Positions 27,708-36,458 of a DNA stretch of 64,000 nt are shown piece by piece. Where the stretch lies: NCBI GenBank assembly GCA_035764505.1, contig DASTZC010000281.1, positions 326 through 64,325 on the forward strand, written 5' to 3'. The stretch is from Candidatus Polarisedimenticolia bacterium (GTDB lineage Bacteria > Acidobacteriota > Polarisedimenticolia > Gp22-AA2 > AA152). The stretch's first letter is position 1; each line of letters starts with the position of its first letter. The notes under the pieces were generated by a model. It searched no databases and had not been told where the DNA came from. It saw only the letters and a program-made list of their open reading frames with translations. The position numbers and the translations under genes are program-made.

Positions 27708-28969
27708 TCGACCACGCCCATCCCACCCCCCACCCTTTGCCGCGCTCCGGCTGGGCGCTGATCGTGGCGCTGGCCTGCGCCTCGGGGACCGGCGCGAGCC
27801 TGGCGCAAACTCCCCCTCCGCAGAAACCTCCCGGAGGGACGAGTCCCGACCTGCCGATCCGCGAAGGATCGAGCGTGAGAAACGAGGATGCCCCGACCCC
27901 GAACCAGTTTCATCTCGACTTCAACGCGGGCGCCCGCTCGAGCTCGAACGTCTTTTTCGATCCAGACGACGGCTCCCCACAGCAGGATTACATCGGCACC
28001 CTGGTCATGGATCTGAGCGCCACGCGCACCTCGCCGCGCACCGCCTGGACGATGGCCTACGTGCCGGTGCTGAACCACTATCAGACCTACGACCAGCTGG
28101 ACTCGACGAGCCATGCGTTCAATTACACCGGCCGGTATCGCCTGGGCGTCAGGGGAGGGCTCAATCTGCAGGAGCATTTCACCCTGAGCAATGATCCGAT
28201 CATTGTTTCGACGCCCCAGGAAGGGGATTCCCCGATCCTGGCCAACAACCAGCGCGTTACCCGCAACCGTGCCGAGATCAACATGGACCGCGAGCTGAGC
28301 CGCAGGACGCGCTTCAACATCGGCGCGACCCACATCCTCAACCGTTACGAGGATGAGAACTTCCAGGACTCGGACGGCTTGCTCGGACTGATAGGTCTGG
28401 ACTTCGCGGTAAGACGCGAGGACACCCTCGGCATGTCGTTGTCGGGGGGACGGCTGCAGTTCGAGGACGACGTTCCCGACGTCACGTCCGAGTCGGCCGC
28501 GCTCAACTGGAGCCATGTCCAAGATCGCTCCCGCGTGGAGCTCTCGGGCGGTGCGACGGTCGCCAAGCAGACGGAGACCGACAGCTTCTTCTCGGGCAGC
28601 GCCGCACTTTACCGTCGGTTCGGGCGCAATGCGGAGTTTGGCGGCGGCTGGAGGCGCAGCCTTACCGCCGACGTCGGGAACAACGGAACCTCCGTGGGGG
28701 ATCGCGTTTTCATGACCATCTCCGGGGATGCCGGCCGGCATCTCACCCTCATGGCCTCCGCCGATTACGGCAGGCGCGAATCGGTGGCGGGGGCCAGCGA
28801 GGTGAACCTGGATCTATGGGGTGGATCGTTCAGGGCGAGGGTCTCGATGGGGCAGCGCTGGGGGCTGGTGACGGGTGCCAATTATCGCCGCCAGGAAACC
28901 GTGCAGCCGGACATTGGAAGTCAGACCGTAAACAACTATTACCTGGGAATCACCTGCAGGGCCTTCTAG
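27704..28969 (+). CDS. Outer-membrane beta-barrel protein (PEP-CTERM-locus-type OMP-like)
   Basis: The start uses an ATGA overlap with wza. It has a signal peptide and amphipathic beta-strand periodicity, and it ends ...GITCRAF with the aromatic terminus typical of OMPs. The longer ORF from 27269 is rejected. Confidence 0.55.
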   Translation: MIDHAHPTPHPLPRSGWALIVALACASGTGASLAQTPPPQKPPGGTSPDLPIREGSSVRNEDAPTPNQFHLDFNAGARSSSNVFFDPDDGSPQQDYIGTLVMDLSATRTSPRTAWTMAYVPVLNHYQTYDQLDSTSHAFNYTGRYRLGVRGGLNLQEHFTLSNDPIIVSTPQEGDSPILANNQRVTRNRAEINMDRELSRRTRFNIGATHILNRYEDENFQDSDGLLGLIGLDFAVRREDTLGMSLSGGRLQFEDDVPDVTSESAALNWSHVQDRSRVELSGGATVAKQTETDSFFSGSAALYRRFGRNAEFGGGWRRSLTADVGNNGTSVGDRVFMTISGDAGRHLTLMASADYGRRESVAGASEVNLDLWGGSFRARVSMGQRWGLVTGANYRRQETVQPDIGSQTVNNYYLGITCRAF

Positions 28970-29011
28970 TCGGACGGAACGGGGATCGCATCCAGAGAGG
29001 GGCAAGGCCAG

Positions 29012-29245
29012 ATGGCGAGAAGAGAGGAAATCCTGACCAGCGCTGAGGCCCGTCGCTACTTGAAGATCGGACGGACCAAGCTATGGCAGCTCACCAAGGA
29101 GCAGGTGATTCCCTGCTACCGGCTGGGGAGCTCGCGCAACGCAACGATCCGGTACAAGCGCTCCGAGCTGCTGAAGTGGCTCGAGAAGCACCGCTTCGTG
29201 CCGACCGGGCCGATGGCGGGGAATGGGCAAGGCGACGGGCATTGA
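29012..29245 (+). CDS. Excisionase/MerR-like helix-turn-helix DNA-binding protein (77 aa)
   Basis: ARRYLKIGRTKLWQLTKEQVIPCYRLG resembles an Xis-family HTH. It lies immediately upstream of the NusG paralog. Confidence 0.55.
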   Translation: MARREEILTSAEARRYLKIGRTKLWQLTKEQVIPCYRLGSSRNATIRYKRSELLKWLEKHRFVPTGPMAGNGQGDGH

Positions 29246-29262
29246 GAGGGACGGGGAAGGGC

Positions 29263-29781
29263 ATGACATCCGGCTGGTATGCGATTCAGACCAAGCCTCG
29301 CAAGGAAGAGGCGGTTCTGGCGTCCCTGGGACGCAACGGGCTGGAAACCTACTGTCCTCGCACGCGGCGGCGGCGCCGCCTGCGGGGCAGGAGGGTCCAG
29401 GAGTCGGTGCCTCTTTTCCCGGGCTACCTGTTCGTCAGGCTGCAGTTTCCGCGCGACTATGCCGGCATCCGCTGGACGCCGGGGCTGGTGCGCATCGTCA
29501 GCCATGCCGGCGCGCCGGCGCGCATCGGCGAGGAGATCGTGGAAGGCATTCGCACCTTGGAGAGGACGGGAGGATTGCGAATCCCGGCGCTTCGCTTGAC
29601 CCCCGGGTCACGCGTCCGCGTGGTACAGGGTCCCTTCACCGGCTTTGAGGGGCGCGTCACGGCCCACCTCAGCGGCGGCGAGCGGATCCGAATCCTGCTC
29701 GAATTGTTCAGAAGGCATGCGGCGCTGGATTGCGACCCCGACTCCCTGCAGCCCATTGCGGCAGCAGTCGGGGCGGCCTAA
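29263..29781 (+). CDS. NusG-family specialised transcription antiterminator (RfaH/UpxY/LoaP-like paralog)
   Basis: An NGN domain (WYAIQTKPRKEE...PLFPGYLFVRL) and a KOW motif (GSRVRVVQGPFTGFEGRV) are present. The protein is 172 aa and sits inside a polysaccharide locus. Confidence 0.75.
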   Translation: MTSGWYAIQTKPRKEEAVLASLGRNGLETYCPRTRRRRRLRGRRVQESVPLFPGYLFVRLQFPRDYAGIRWTPGLVRIVSHAGAPARIGEEIVEGIRTLERTGGLRIPALRLTPGSRVRVVQGPFTGFEGRVTAHLSGGERIRILLELFRRHAALDCDPDSLQPIAAAVGAA

Positions 29782-29807
29782 GTCTTCTGGGCACAAAGCA
29801 TTGCATT

Positions 29808-30470
29808 ATGGCCCATGAAGGGCCTCGATGGCGGAGCTACATCATCATGGGGTCGTCTGAGAACCCGGCTCAGAACGTCCTCCCTTCCGAGACAGGGGTC
29901 TCGAACGGATGGAGAGGAAGAGGACTGACGCCGGTCTGGAAAAGCCTGTTGTCACCGCAGACGGGTCAGCAGGCGCTCGTGATTGGGAACGTCCCGGCGG
30001 ACCTGCTGCGCATGCTGGGGGAAGCCGGCGTCCAGATGCAGCGCGGCGAGACGATGAGCGGTCCGGTCCAGACGGGACGATTCGATTTGATCCTCGAAGA
30101 GCGCCCCGGCTGGAAAGCCAATGCTCTGCGACCCGACCAGGCCTCGTTCCTTTCCGAGCGAGGCCGCTGGGTCGTGGCCCTGAAAGGGTCACCGGCGATC
30201 GGCGTCCGAGGATGGTGGGTCCGGCGGCAGATGCGCCGCCGCGGCCTGGGAAAAGTGGAGTCGTATTACGCCCATTCAGCCCTGTGGTCTCCCGTCGTCC
30301 TGGTCCCCCTGGATCAGCGGGAGCCGTTCGATTACTTCCTGCGCCTGACCATTTCGGGGGGTTCCTTGCGCCGCTGGCTCATTCTTACCGTGTTCCAGGT
30401 CCTGGTCCACCTTCGCATCCACGCCGGTTTCCTGCCGAACTGCATCGTCGTCGCCCGGAGGACGCCATGA
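29808..30470 (+). CDS. Hypothetical protein (possibly the N-terminal partner of the downstream kinase-fold protein)
   Basis: No motif was recognised. It is ATGA-coupled to the next gene. An internal ATG at 29808 avoids overlap with the NusG-like gene. Confidence 0.35.
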   Translation: MAHEGPRWRSYIIMGSSENPAQNVLPSETGVSNGWRGRGLTPVWKSLLSPQTGQQALVIGNVPADLLRMLGEAGVQMQRGETMSGPVQTGRFDLILEERPGWKANALRPDQASFLSERGRWVVALKGSPAIGVRGWWVRRQMRRRGLGKVESYYAHSALWSPVVLVPLDQREPFDYFLRLTISGGSLRRWLILTVFQVLVHLRIHAGFLPNCIVVARRTP

Positions 30471-31486
30471 TCGGCGCCACCTCCGAATCGTTCCGGAGCT
30501 TCGCGGCCGAGGGCCTCGGTGTCGCGCCGCGCGATCTCACGGTGATGATGATCCACCGCCCCCACGAGGACAAGAACTACGTCGACCAGTCGATTTACTT
30601 CTACTTTCTGCCCCAGCAGCGCTATCCCGCGGTGGTCGGCAAGGTCGGCTTCGACAGGGATGGGGCCCGCTACCTGGAGCGCGAGCACCGCGGCCTGCAG
30701 GCGCTGGTGAGTCGCGGTCCGGCGATTCCGATCGAGTCGGTTCCCCGCCCGATCCTGTATCGCGAGATCTCCGGCAACTATCTCCTCCTGCAGTCGGCGC
30801 TCAAGGGGGACAAGATCGCCACCTGGATCACGCCCCGGGCACGTCTCAACGGCCGGGTCACGAGGCTGCTGCAGTGGGCCCCGCGGTTCAGCGCGGCGCT
30901 GGGCAACGCCACCCGCTGCGACGGCGGCGCCCTGGTCCCGGTCTGGACCGAGGAGTTCAGCGTCAAGCTGGACCGCACCGGCCGCTCACGCACGCTCCTG
31001 GAAACCGCCGCCCGCAACGTATGGGAGGCCTTTGGCAAGACCTTCCCGGCGGTCCTGGCGCACGGCGATTTCTGCGGCGAGAACATCCTCGAGGACGGCC
31101 CGCGCCACGGAGTGATCGACTGGGAGCTGTGCGACGAGCTCTCGCTGCCGGCGTACGACCTCCTGGACTTGTGCCTGTGGCTGTCGTTCCGCACCGAAGG
31201 GAGCGGCCGCTGGGATCCCTTCAACGCCCTCGACCGGGTGCTCAACGGCCGGGACTTCCTGGCGCAGGAGATGCGGAAAGCGCTGGGCGAGTACGCGCGC
31301 GAGATGCGCTTTCCGGCCCGCATCCTGCCCGAGGTCCTGGCGCTGGCCTGGGCCGGATACTGCCTGAAGAAGTTCCGTTACCTGCAGCAGGACGAGACCG
31401 GCAGCTTCGCCCGCGCCCGCGCGGGCGTGCGCAAGATTCTCGACACGCCGCCGGAGTTCCTCTCCGGTGAAGGGGGAACGGCGTGA
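30467..31486 (+). CDS. Aminoglycoside phosphotransferase (APH)/protein-kinase-like fold phosphotransferase
   Basis: The Brenner motif HGDFCGENIL and VIDWE are present. The longer ORF from 29909 is rejected. Confidence 0.6.
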   Translation: MIGATSESFRSFAAEGLGVAPRDLTVMMIHRPHEDKNYVDQSIYFYFLPQQRYPAVVGKVGFDRDGARYLEREHRGLQALVSRGPAIPIESVPRPILYREISGNYLLLQSALKGDKIATWITPRARLNGRVTRLLQWAPRFSAALGNATRCDGGALVPVWTEEFSVKLDRTGRSRTLLETAARNVWEAFGKTFPAVLAHGDFCGENILEDGPRHGVIDWELCDELSLPAYDLLDLCLWLSFRTEGSGRWDPFNALDRVLNGRDFLAQEMRKALGEYAREMRFPARILPEVLALAWAGYCLKKFRYLQQDETGSFARARAGVRKILDTPPEFLSGEGGTA

Positions 31487-32985
31487 GCATCGGCAGGGTG
31501 GTCCGCAACATCTCAGCCGGCTATGTCGGGGCGGCGGTCAACGGCGCGACGCTGCTGATCCTGACGCCCTTGGTGATCCGCAGCCTCGGCACCCTGGAGT
31601 ATGGCCTCTGGGTGACCGCGACGGCGCTGGGGAGCTACTTCGGCTCCCTCAACGCCGGCAGCGGCGCCGCCGGGGTCAGGTCGGTGGCTTCCGGCGCGGC
31701 GCGGGAGGGCTTCGACCAGGCCAGCCGGGAGCTGGGGTCCATCTTCCGCGTCTACTGCGTCCTGGGAATCCTGGCATGCGTCGGATTGATCGGTCTCGGC
31801 TTCATCACGCTCGACCGGTTCGGCGTTCCCCCGGAGCTGAAGGTCTCCATGCGCTGGCTGATCGCGCTCATCGGGATCAACTTTCTGATCTCCTTTCCCT
31901 TCGGCCTGACCCGCAGTGCGCTGGCCGGGATGCAGTATTTCGGGCTGCTCAACACCGTCGAGGTTGCCACAGCGCTTTTCCGCCTGGCGGCCACCGCGGC
32001 GCTGCTGGCGGCAGGGATGGGGGTCGTCTCGCTCGGGGTGGTGCAGCTGATCGCGTCGGTCGCCGGGCACCTCGCCCGCTGGCGCGCGATCCGCCGCCTG
32101 GCGCCGGAGATTCATCTGACCGGTGGCCCGACCTACCGCAAGCTGGTGCCCCAGGCCTTTCTCTTCTCCGCCCTTTCCTTCGGGTACGAGAGCCTGAGGA
32201 CGCTTTTCGAAAACTCCGATCTGCTGATCCTCGGCCTGCTCGCGGGGCCGCAGGCGGTGGCCCTGTTCGCCGTGGCGGCCACGGTCGCCTCCTTCGTTTC
32301 CAAGGGGCTGCAGCCCGTCTCCAACGTCCTGTTCCCGCTCGCCTCGCGCGCCGATTCCCAGGGAACGGCGCAGGCGCGCCTGCTCGAGGTGGCCACGCGG
32401 GTGAATCTGGCGCTGGCCCTGCCGGTGGTGACGCTCCTGATGGTGGACGGTGGCGCGCTCCTGCGGTTGTGGGCCGGTGAGTCTTTTGCCTCCAGCCTCC
32501 CGATCCTGCGCGCCCTCGCCCTGGCGGCGCTGGTCACGGCGGCCTCGCTGGCACCCACGACGCTGCTGTTCGGAGCCGGACGCGTGGGAGTCCTGCTGGG
32601 GGCGGAATCGTGGCGCTACGCCCTCAACCTCGCGCTTGTGGTGGTGGGATACCGCCTCTATGACTTGCCGGGCGCGGCGGTGGGCACGCTCGCGGCGACG
32701 CTCGGAATCGACGCCTGGCTGGTGCTGCGGCGCTGCTGTCCCTGGGGCGGCGTCGATCCGAAAAGCTTCCTGATCCATTCGGTGGGAGCCCCGCTCCTGA
32801 CCGGGCTCCCGGTGGTCCTCCTGATGGCCGCCTGGAAATCGTGGGCTCCTGATCCTTCTCTGCCTCTCCTGCTGGCCAGGGCCGCGGCGTGCCTCGGGGC
32901 TTTCGCCCTGATGTACGGCGTGAGCGGCACCTTCCGCGAGGAGCGGCGTCTCGTCGTGCGCGCATGGGCGGAGGTGTTCCGATGA
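31483..32985 (+). CDS. wzx: Wzx-type polysaccharide flippase (MOP/PST family)
   Basis: It has about 12-14 TM helices and a Polysacc_synt-like profile. Confidence 0.8.
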   Translation: MSIGRVVRNISAGYVGAAVNGATLLILTPLVIRSLGTLEYGLWVTATALGSYFGSLNAGSGAAGVRSVASGAAREGFDQASRELGSIFRVYCVLGILACVGLIGLGFITLDRFGVPPELKVSMRWLIALIGINFLISFPFGLTRSALAGMQYFGLLNTVEVATALFRLAATAALLAAGMGVVSLGVVQLIASVAGHLARWRAIRRLAPEIHLTGGPTYRKLVPQAFLFSALSFGYESLRTLFENSDLLILGLLAGPQAVALFAVAATVASFVSKGLQPVSNVLFPLASRADSQGTAQARLLEVATRVNLALALPVVTLLMVDGGALLRLWAGESFASSLPILRALALAALVTAASLAPTTLLFGAGRVGVLLGAESWRYALNLALVVVGYRLYDLPGAAVGTLAATLGIDAWLVLRRCCPWGGVDPKSFLIHSVGAPLLTGLPVVLLMAAWKSWAPDPSLPLLLARAAACLGAFALMYGVSGTFREERRLVVRAWAEVFR

Positions 32986-34736
32986 ATCCCGGTTTGGTGT
33001 CGCGAGCCCGCAAGTCTCCGCCTCCATTCGGCGAGGTACCGCTTCGCGAGTGGCTCTTCCCGCTCGGCGTGGCCGCTCTCCTGATGGCCATCGTGTGGAT
33101 TCCCTACTCTCTGGGCTACAGCCTGCAGGACGGCACGCATCGCTTCATGGGGCTGGTGGGCACGGACGCGATCGATGACAACAACGTTTACCTGGGCCTG
33201 ATGCGCCAGTCTGCCGAAGGACGGGTGCTGTTCACCAACAACTTCACGCCGGAGCCGAACCCGCCCGCGCTGTTCAACTTCCTCTACCTTTCGCTCGGCC
33301 GGATCTCGCGCTGGACCGGGATGAGCCTTGATCAGACGCATCGCGCGTTCGGCGCTCTGTCGATTCTGCTGCTCACGCTGACCATCTACGGCTTCATCGC
33401 CACCGCCATCCGTCGCCCTTTCTACCGCCGCTTCGCCCTGGTGCTCGCCTGCTTCGGAGGCGGCTTCCTGTGGCTCTCGCGCATCATCCTGCGGATGACC
33501 GGTGTCGACCTCAAGCCGATCACCGCCTGGCTCGTGGAAGTAAATCTCTTCCACGCGATGCTCGTCTATCCGCATTTTGTCTTCGCCGCCGCGCTGATGA
33601 CCGGCTCGCTCGTCATGTACCTCAAATCGGAGCGGGTGCGGCGCTACATGCCGGCGGCGGCGGCCGGCTGCGTGGCGACGATCCTCGCCGCCAGCCATGC
33701 CTTCGAGGCCGTGGCTTTCATTCCGATCGCCGGCGCCTATCTGGTGCTCGACGCGCTGGGGCTCGGGCGAATGCCGGGGGCCAGCCGCTGGAAGTGCTGC
33801 GCGCTGGTCATCGGGATGCCGGTGGGGATGCTGCTGGTGAATCGCTGGATGCTGATCCTGGAGCCGGCCTGGGGAGACGTGGTGACACGGCTGTCGTTCC
33901 AGACGCCGGAGCCCTTCCGCCTGATCCTCGGCCTGGGGGCCTCTTTCGCCATCTCGGTGCTGACTTTCGAAGGCTTCCTGCGCGTCGACCGCCCATCCGG
34001 AGAGCGCATGGCGAAGGCCTGGGTGCTCATGGTTCTGGTGCTGGCCTATGTACCGTACATCAACTGGCGCTGGCACCTGCTCAACGGCATCCAGATCCCG
34101 CTGTCCATTCTCGCGACCCAGGGGCTGCGGCGCACGGTGTTCCTGCGCATCCAGCGGCGGCGGCGGGCGCTCGGCAAGCGGCGCATTGTGCCGCGCGGCA
34201 TCTGGGCTCCGGCACCGCAGATGGCGGTCATGGCGCTGGTCGGCATCATCTGCTGCCTGAGCGTGGCGAACCTCTTCCTCCATTACAAATACCAGGTGCA
34301 GGACATGAGCTCGCCTACCTACCTCACCCGCGGCGAGCTGTCGGCGATGGACTGGATGAGCCGCAACGTGTCGCTCGATTCGGTGGTCCTCGGCTCCTAC
34401 AAGACCGGCAACTACGTGCCGCGACTGTCGGGACAGCGGGTCTTCCTGGGCGAGGACATGCTCACGCAGGCTTTCGAGATTCGCGCACGGGACGTGGGGG
34501 AGTTCTACTCGACGCATTGGAACGACACGCAGCGCGAGGCGCTCCTCAGGCACTACCAGGTGGGATACGTGGTGTACGGGCCGCCGGAGCGCGAGCTGGG
34601 CTCGTACGATCCGTCCGCCTCCAGCTTCCTGCACCGGATCTACGAGGCCGACGGGGTCGAGATCTTCGCGGTGAAGCAGGAGGGAGAGGGAGGCATGCGC
34701 ACCGCAACCCTTCCGGAAAAGGAGCCTTTGCCTTGA
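32982..34736 (+). CDS. Large polytopic membrane protein, putative GT-C fold glycosyltransferase or polymerase
   Basis: It has more than 12 TM segments. GTDAIDDNNVY in the first extracytoplasmic loop is a DD-type motif, and there is a C-terminal ~200-aa soluble domain. It uses an ATGA overlap. Confidence 0.45.
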   Translation: MNPGLVSRARKSPPPFGEVPLREWLFPLGVAALLMAIVWIPYSLGYSLQDGTHRFMGLVGTDAIDDNNVYLGLMRQSAEGRVLFTNNFTPEPNPPALFNFLYLSLGRISRWTGMSLDQTHRAFGALSILLLTLTIYGFIATAIRRPFYRRFALVLACFGGGFLWLSRIILRMTGVDLKPITAWLVEVNLFHAMLVYPHFVFAAALMTGSLVMYLKSERVRRYMPAAAAGCVATILAASHAFEAVAFIPIAGAYLVLDALGLGRMPGASRWKCCALVIGMPVGMLLVNRWMLILEPAWGDVVTRLSFQTPEPFRLILGLGASFAISVLTFEGFLRVDRPSGERMAKAWVLMVLVLAYVPYINWRWHLLNGIQIPLSILATQGLRRTVFLRIQRRRRALGKRRIVPRGIWAPAPQMAVMALVGIICCLSVANLFLHYKYQVQDMSSPTYLTRGELSAMDWMSRNVSLDSVVLGSYKTGNYVPRLSGQRVFLGEDMLTQAFEIRARDVGEFYSTHWNDTQREALLRHYQVGYVVYGPPERELGSYDPSASSFLHRIYEADGVEIFAVKQEGEGGMRTATLPEKEPLP

Positions 34737-35671
34737 GCCGGATCACCCCTGCCTCGGTCTCGGTCGTCGTCTGCACGCGCAACCGCGCGGGCCTGCTCGA
34801 CGGCTGCCTGGCGCGCCTGGCGATCCTCGACCCGGCGCCGCTGGAGATTCTGGTGGTGGACCAGGGGGACGACGATGCCGCGTCTCAGGTCGTGCTCCGC
34901 CATCGAGACCGCCTGCCCAACCTGCGCCACCTCCCCTCATCGAGTCGCGGCCTGAGCCGCGCGCGGAACCTCGGCATTGCCCAGGCGCACGGTGAGATTC
35001 TCAGCTTCACGGACGATGACTGCCTGGTGCGCAGCGACTGGGTGGCCTCGGTGGCGCGCGCTTTCGACCGCCATCCCGAGATCGCGGCCGTGACCGGCGG
35101 CTCGCTTCCCGACGGGGTGGACGACGCCGATCCGCGCATCCTGGCGGCGGCCACCTGGCATCCGGCGGCGCCCCGCCTCTACCGCAGCTTCGTGGATCCG
35201 GCGGTGGTGGGGGGCGGCTTCAATCTCTCCTTTCGCAAGGAGTGGGCCGAGAGGATCGGGAGGTTCGACGCCGACCTGGGCCCCGGCGCGCGGTTCCGCG
35301 GCGCCGACGACACCGATTTCATCCATCGCATCCTGCATGCCGGAGGGTCAATCCTCTACGACCCCGCCGTCGTGGTAGCCCACCTCCCATGGCGCAACGG
35401 CACCGTCCAGTCGGCGGTGGAATGGGAATATGGCCATGGCATCGCGGTGTGGGCACTGAAGCGGCTGCGGGTGCGCGACTTCTTCCCCGCCCGCGTCGCC
35501 CTGGGCGTGTTCGCTACCCAGGCCCGCCGCGTGGCGGGCGGGATCGTGCGTGGCGACGGCGGTGCCTTGCGCACCGGCTGGTCGTATGTCTCGGGGATGT
35601 GCCGCGGCGCGGCGAGCTGGCTGATGGCTTCTTCTCCCGCGCCCGTCGATCGGGAGGCCGGAAGTGTCTGA
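34733..35671 (+). CDS. GT2 glycosyltransferase
   Basis: VSVVVCTRNR...VVDQGDDD...FTDDDC (DxD) are present. TTGA overlap. Confidence 0.75.
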   Translation: MSRITPASVSVVVCTRNRAGLLDGCLARLAILDPAPLEILVVDQGDDDAASQVVLRHRDRLPNLRHLPSSSRGLSRARNLGIAQAHGEILSFTDDDCLVRSDWVASVARAFDRHPEIAAVTGGSLPDGVDDADPRILAAATWHPAAPRLYRSFVDPAVVGGGFNLSFRKEWAERIGRFDADLGPGARFRGADDTDFIHRILHAGGSILYDPAVVVAHLPWRNGTVQSAVEWEYGHGIAVWALKRLRVRDFFPARVALGVFATQARRVAGGIVRGDGGALRTGWSYVSGMCRGAASWLMASSPAPVDREAGSV

Positions 35672-36458
35672 GCGACGCGGCGTGACGATTCTCATGTACC
35701 ACTGGATCAGCGGCGATCCCGGGCAGCGGCTGCGGCACTGGGGCGTCACGCCGGAGCAGTTCGCGGCGCAAGTGCGCTGGCTGCACGAGGAAGGGTACCG
35801 CACGCTGACCCTGGACCAGGTGGTCCAGATCGTCCGCAACCTGGCGCCCATGCCGGAGCGCGCTGTGGCGCTCACCTTCGATGACGGCTACCGCGATTTC
35901 CTGGAGGGCGCCTCCCAGGTCCTGCTCGATCATGGCTTCACCGCCACCATCTTCCTGGTCGCCGACCGGGTCGGCACCACCAACTCCTGGGATGCGCGCC
36001 ACGGCGATCCGCCCCGCCGCCTCCTCTCCTGGTCGGAGGCGCGGGAGCTGGCGCGGCGCGGCTTCGAGCTCGGCTCTCACACGCGGACGCATCGCATGCT
36101 GCCGACGCTGTCGGATGCCGAGCTGGACGACGAGATCGCCGGCTCGAAAGCCCTCCTTCAGGATCGGCTCGGCATGGCGGTGCGGCATTTCTCCTATCCG
36201 CACGGGGAGCTCGACGGGCGCTGTTTGCGGCGAGTGCGCGCCGCCGGCTACGCCAGCGCCTGCTCCGACCGGCGTGGCGGCAACCGGCCGGGAGTCGATC
36301 CCTTCCTGCTGAAGCGCAGCCTGATCACCTGCCATGAGAGCCGCTGGTCCTTCTCGTTCAAGGCGCGCACCGGCTTCGGCATCCGGGAATGGACGACGAC
36401 CCGGATCTCGCGGCGGCGGATCCCCGGCACGCCCGCGGCTCTCGGAGGGCGGCCATGA
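35664..36458 (+). CDS. Polysaccharide deacetylase (CE4/NodB homology)
   Basis: LTFDDGY...H..H motifs are present. GTG start. Confidence 0.8.
   Translation: MSERRGVTILMYHWISGDPGQRLRHWGVTPEQFAAQVRWLHEEGYRTLTLDQVVQIVRNLAPMPERAVALTFDDGYRDFLEGASQVLLDHGFTATIFLVADRVGTTNSWDARHGDPPRRLLSWSEARELARRGFELGSHTRTHRMLPTLSDAELDDEIAGSKALLQDRLGMAVRHFSYPHGELDGRCLRRVRAAGYASACSDRRGGNRPGVDPFLLKRSLITCHESRWSFSFKARTGFGIREWTTTRISRRRIPGTPAALGGRP

Noticed and set aside
29012-29245. The excisionase-family HTH gene read as evidence of a prophage or integrative element inside the locus.
   Set aside because: No integrase, att-like direct repeats, phage genes or tRNA target are nearby. It is tightly linked to the NusG paralog, so it is more likely a regulatory partner.
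31513-35338. ORFs 31513..33027 (-, 504 aa), 32658..34634 (-, 658 aa) and 33470..35671 (+, 733 aa).
   Set aside because: They conflict with the plus-strand wzx, GT-C and GT2 genes. Those genes have clean TM topology and DxD motifs and are translationally coupled. The alternatives are charged low-complexity translations.
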